A DNA stretch of 56,460 bases, the filler included, from Streblomastix strix (taxonomy: Eukaryota): assembly GCA_008636045.1 (NCBI GenBank). It is 3 parts of 3 records of this genome, joined end to end, with 100 filler letters (N's around TTAATTAATTAA, not from the genome) between each part and the next. Parts side by side here need not be neighbours in the genome. Positions count along the whole stretch, not along the records: positions 37,746 to 56,460 come from SNRW01000585.1; 2 more parts are not named here. One strand, given 5' to 3'. The translations under genes were made by a program, and so were the position numbers. Of the stretch, positions 55,201 to 56,460 are shown in pieces. Every line of letters starts with the position of its first letter. Positions within the stretch are counted from its first letter, which is position 1. Below the pieces are notes generated by a model. The model made no database searches, was not told where the DNA came from, and saw only the letters and a program-made list of their open reading frames with translations.

Positions 55201-56460
55201 TATAAAATTTTGATTTATCCAATAAATCTGACTTATTATTGGCGAATGTACTATTTAACATCTTTTAATTTACTTACTATTTTTATTAATGTTATTTCTA
55301 TTAATTATTATTATTTTATTTCAATTCATGTTATTTATGAATGATTGCTTTTTATTATCTTTATTCATTCATCAATTATTATTACTTTTAAAACTGAAGT
55401 GTTTTTAAATTGTTTTTTTTCTCTTATTAATCATTTTTCATATTCCTTATATTTTCAATTTTCTTCCTTTCTTTCATATTATCTTCATATTCTTTTTCAA
55501 TTATTTCTTCTTATCCTTATCCTTATTCCTATTTTTATTCCTCCTCCTTTTATTTATGATTCAATTTTTCATTTTTGATTATTTTCTATTTTTCCTTTTC
55601 TTTCTTTTCAATCTTAATTTACTCTTTTTCTTTTCCTTCTTCATTTTCAAACCCATTTTCAAGTTTCTTTGTCTATCTTTCTAATTCTTTTCCCAATTTC
55701 TTCATTCTACTCAAAAGTTCTTTTAATTTCTTAGTCTTTCTTATTTTCTTATTTGTATCTCCACTCTTTTCTTTCTTCATCTTTTCATTCTTTATTTCTA
55801 TCTTTATTTATTTTTTAACCTTCTCTCTTTCATATTTAGTCTTCAAAATTCTCATTTCTCTCTTTTTTCTTTTTCGAGATTCTTATTCTTCAATTTTTTC
55901 TTGCGCTTTATTAATTTAATTATTTTTTTGATCTTCAAATTATTCTTATTATTTTATGCTTTAATTTTAATAATTGTTGTCAGAGTAATCTTTATTGTTA
56001 ACTTCTTTGATATTTATATCAGTTTAATGTTGATTTTAAAGAAGAATTAATTTTCTTTTCTCAATTTTATTATCTCTTTCTTCTTTTTTCATCATCTTAA
56101 TTTATTTATTAATTTATTTCATTTTCATATTCTCTTCACCATTTTTCAATTTTTCATCTTGATTTTCTTACTTTTTCTCATTTTCTTTATTTTAATTTTT
56201 GTATTTCTTTTCTTTCCTTTGTAATTGTTCTTCTTTTTATTCTTCATTTTATCGTTATTCTTTCTATTCAATTTAAATCTTATTTAATTATGATATTTCT
56301 TTCTATTCTAATACTTTTTTATTCTCATTCTCTTTGTTTTAATGAGATAATTTAATTTATTGTTATTTCTCTACTATAATCTTTTTCTTCAATTCATTCT
56401 CTTTAATCTCTTTCATTTTCATTTCTTCTTCTCTTTGCATTTATATTATTCTTTCTCGCT
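43288..56460 (-). CDS. Giant low-complexity (Q/S/E/K/N-rich) protein with interspersed helical ARM-like segments; 5' end outside the window
   Basis: No in-frame TGA in the stretch I scanned codon by codon (43621-46200) or in spot checks elsewhere. One clear intron at 50442-50352 (LAARQ|DRRKLLIKVDLHNLILPFI). The C-terminus EYLEDEGAIDEMDKLSFHSNNDLSRKAKKICRRIT is followed by TGA TGA. Confidence 0.75.
56334..56460. repeat. Apparently exact >=127-bp direct repeat of 54891-55017
   Basis: TTGTTTTAATGAGATAATT...TTCTTTCTCGCT appears twice, 1443 bp apart, and the second copy runs off the window end. Confidence 0.85.

Overview
Very AT-rich eukaryotic DNA made of three unrelated ~18.7-kb contigs (1-18805, 18906-37645, 37746-56460) joined by artificial N-TTAATTAATTAA-N linkers. 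The supplied standard-code ORF track is mostly misleading: genes here read through TAA/TAG as Gln (translation table 6), end at TGA and carry short AT-rich GT-AG introns. The code, intron style and gene families suggest an oxymonad such as Streblomastix strix (inference). Recognisable genes are a PHO80/CYCP-type cyclin, a STE20-like pseudokinase with a basic tail, a SPRY-like protein, a catalytically dead papain-fold GPI-type surface protein plus a decayed paralog, three members of an expanded helical 'STAGG...EQIEEEG' family, a decayed EFHC/Rib72 copy, a PA28 proteasome activator, an ASH-like protein and a >13-kb low-complexity gene. The most notable structures are a young Tc1/mariner-type MITE (174-bp TIRs, TA duplication) that breaks an SH3-containing gene, and a ~9-kb kinase-pseudokinase-coiled-coil-ARM gene whose five exon+intron repeat units show patchwork identity, suggesting recombination-driven diversification. 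All translations were done by eye, so exon boundaries are approximate in places.
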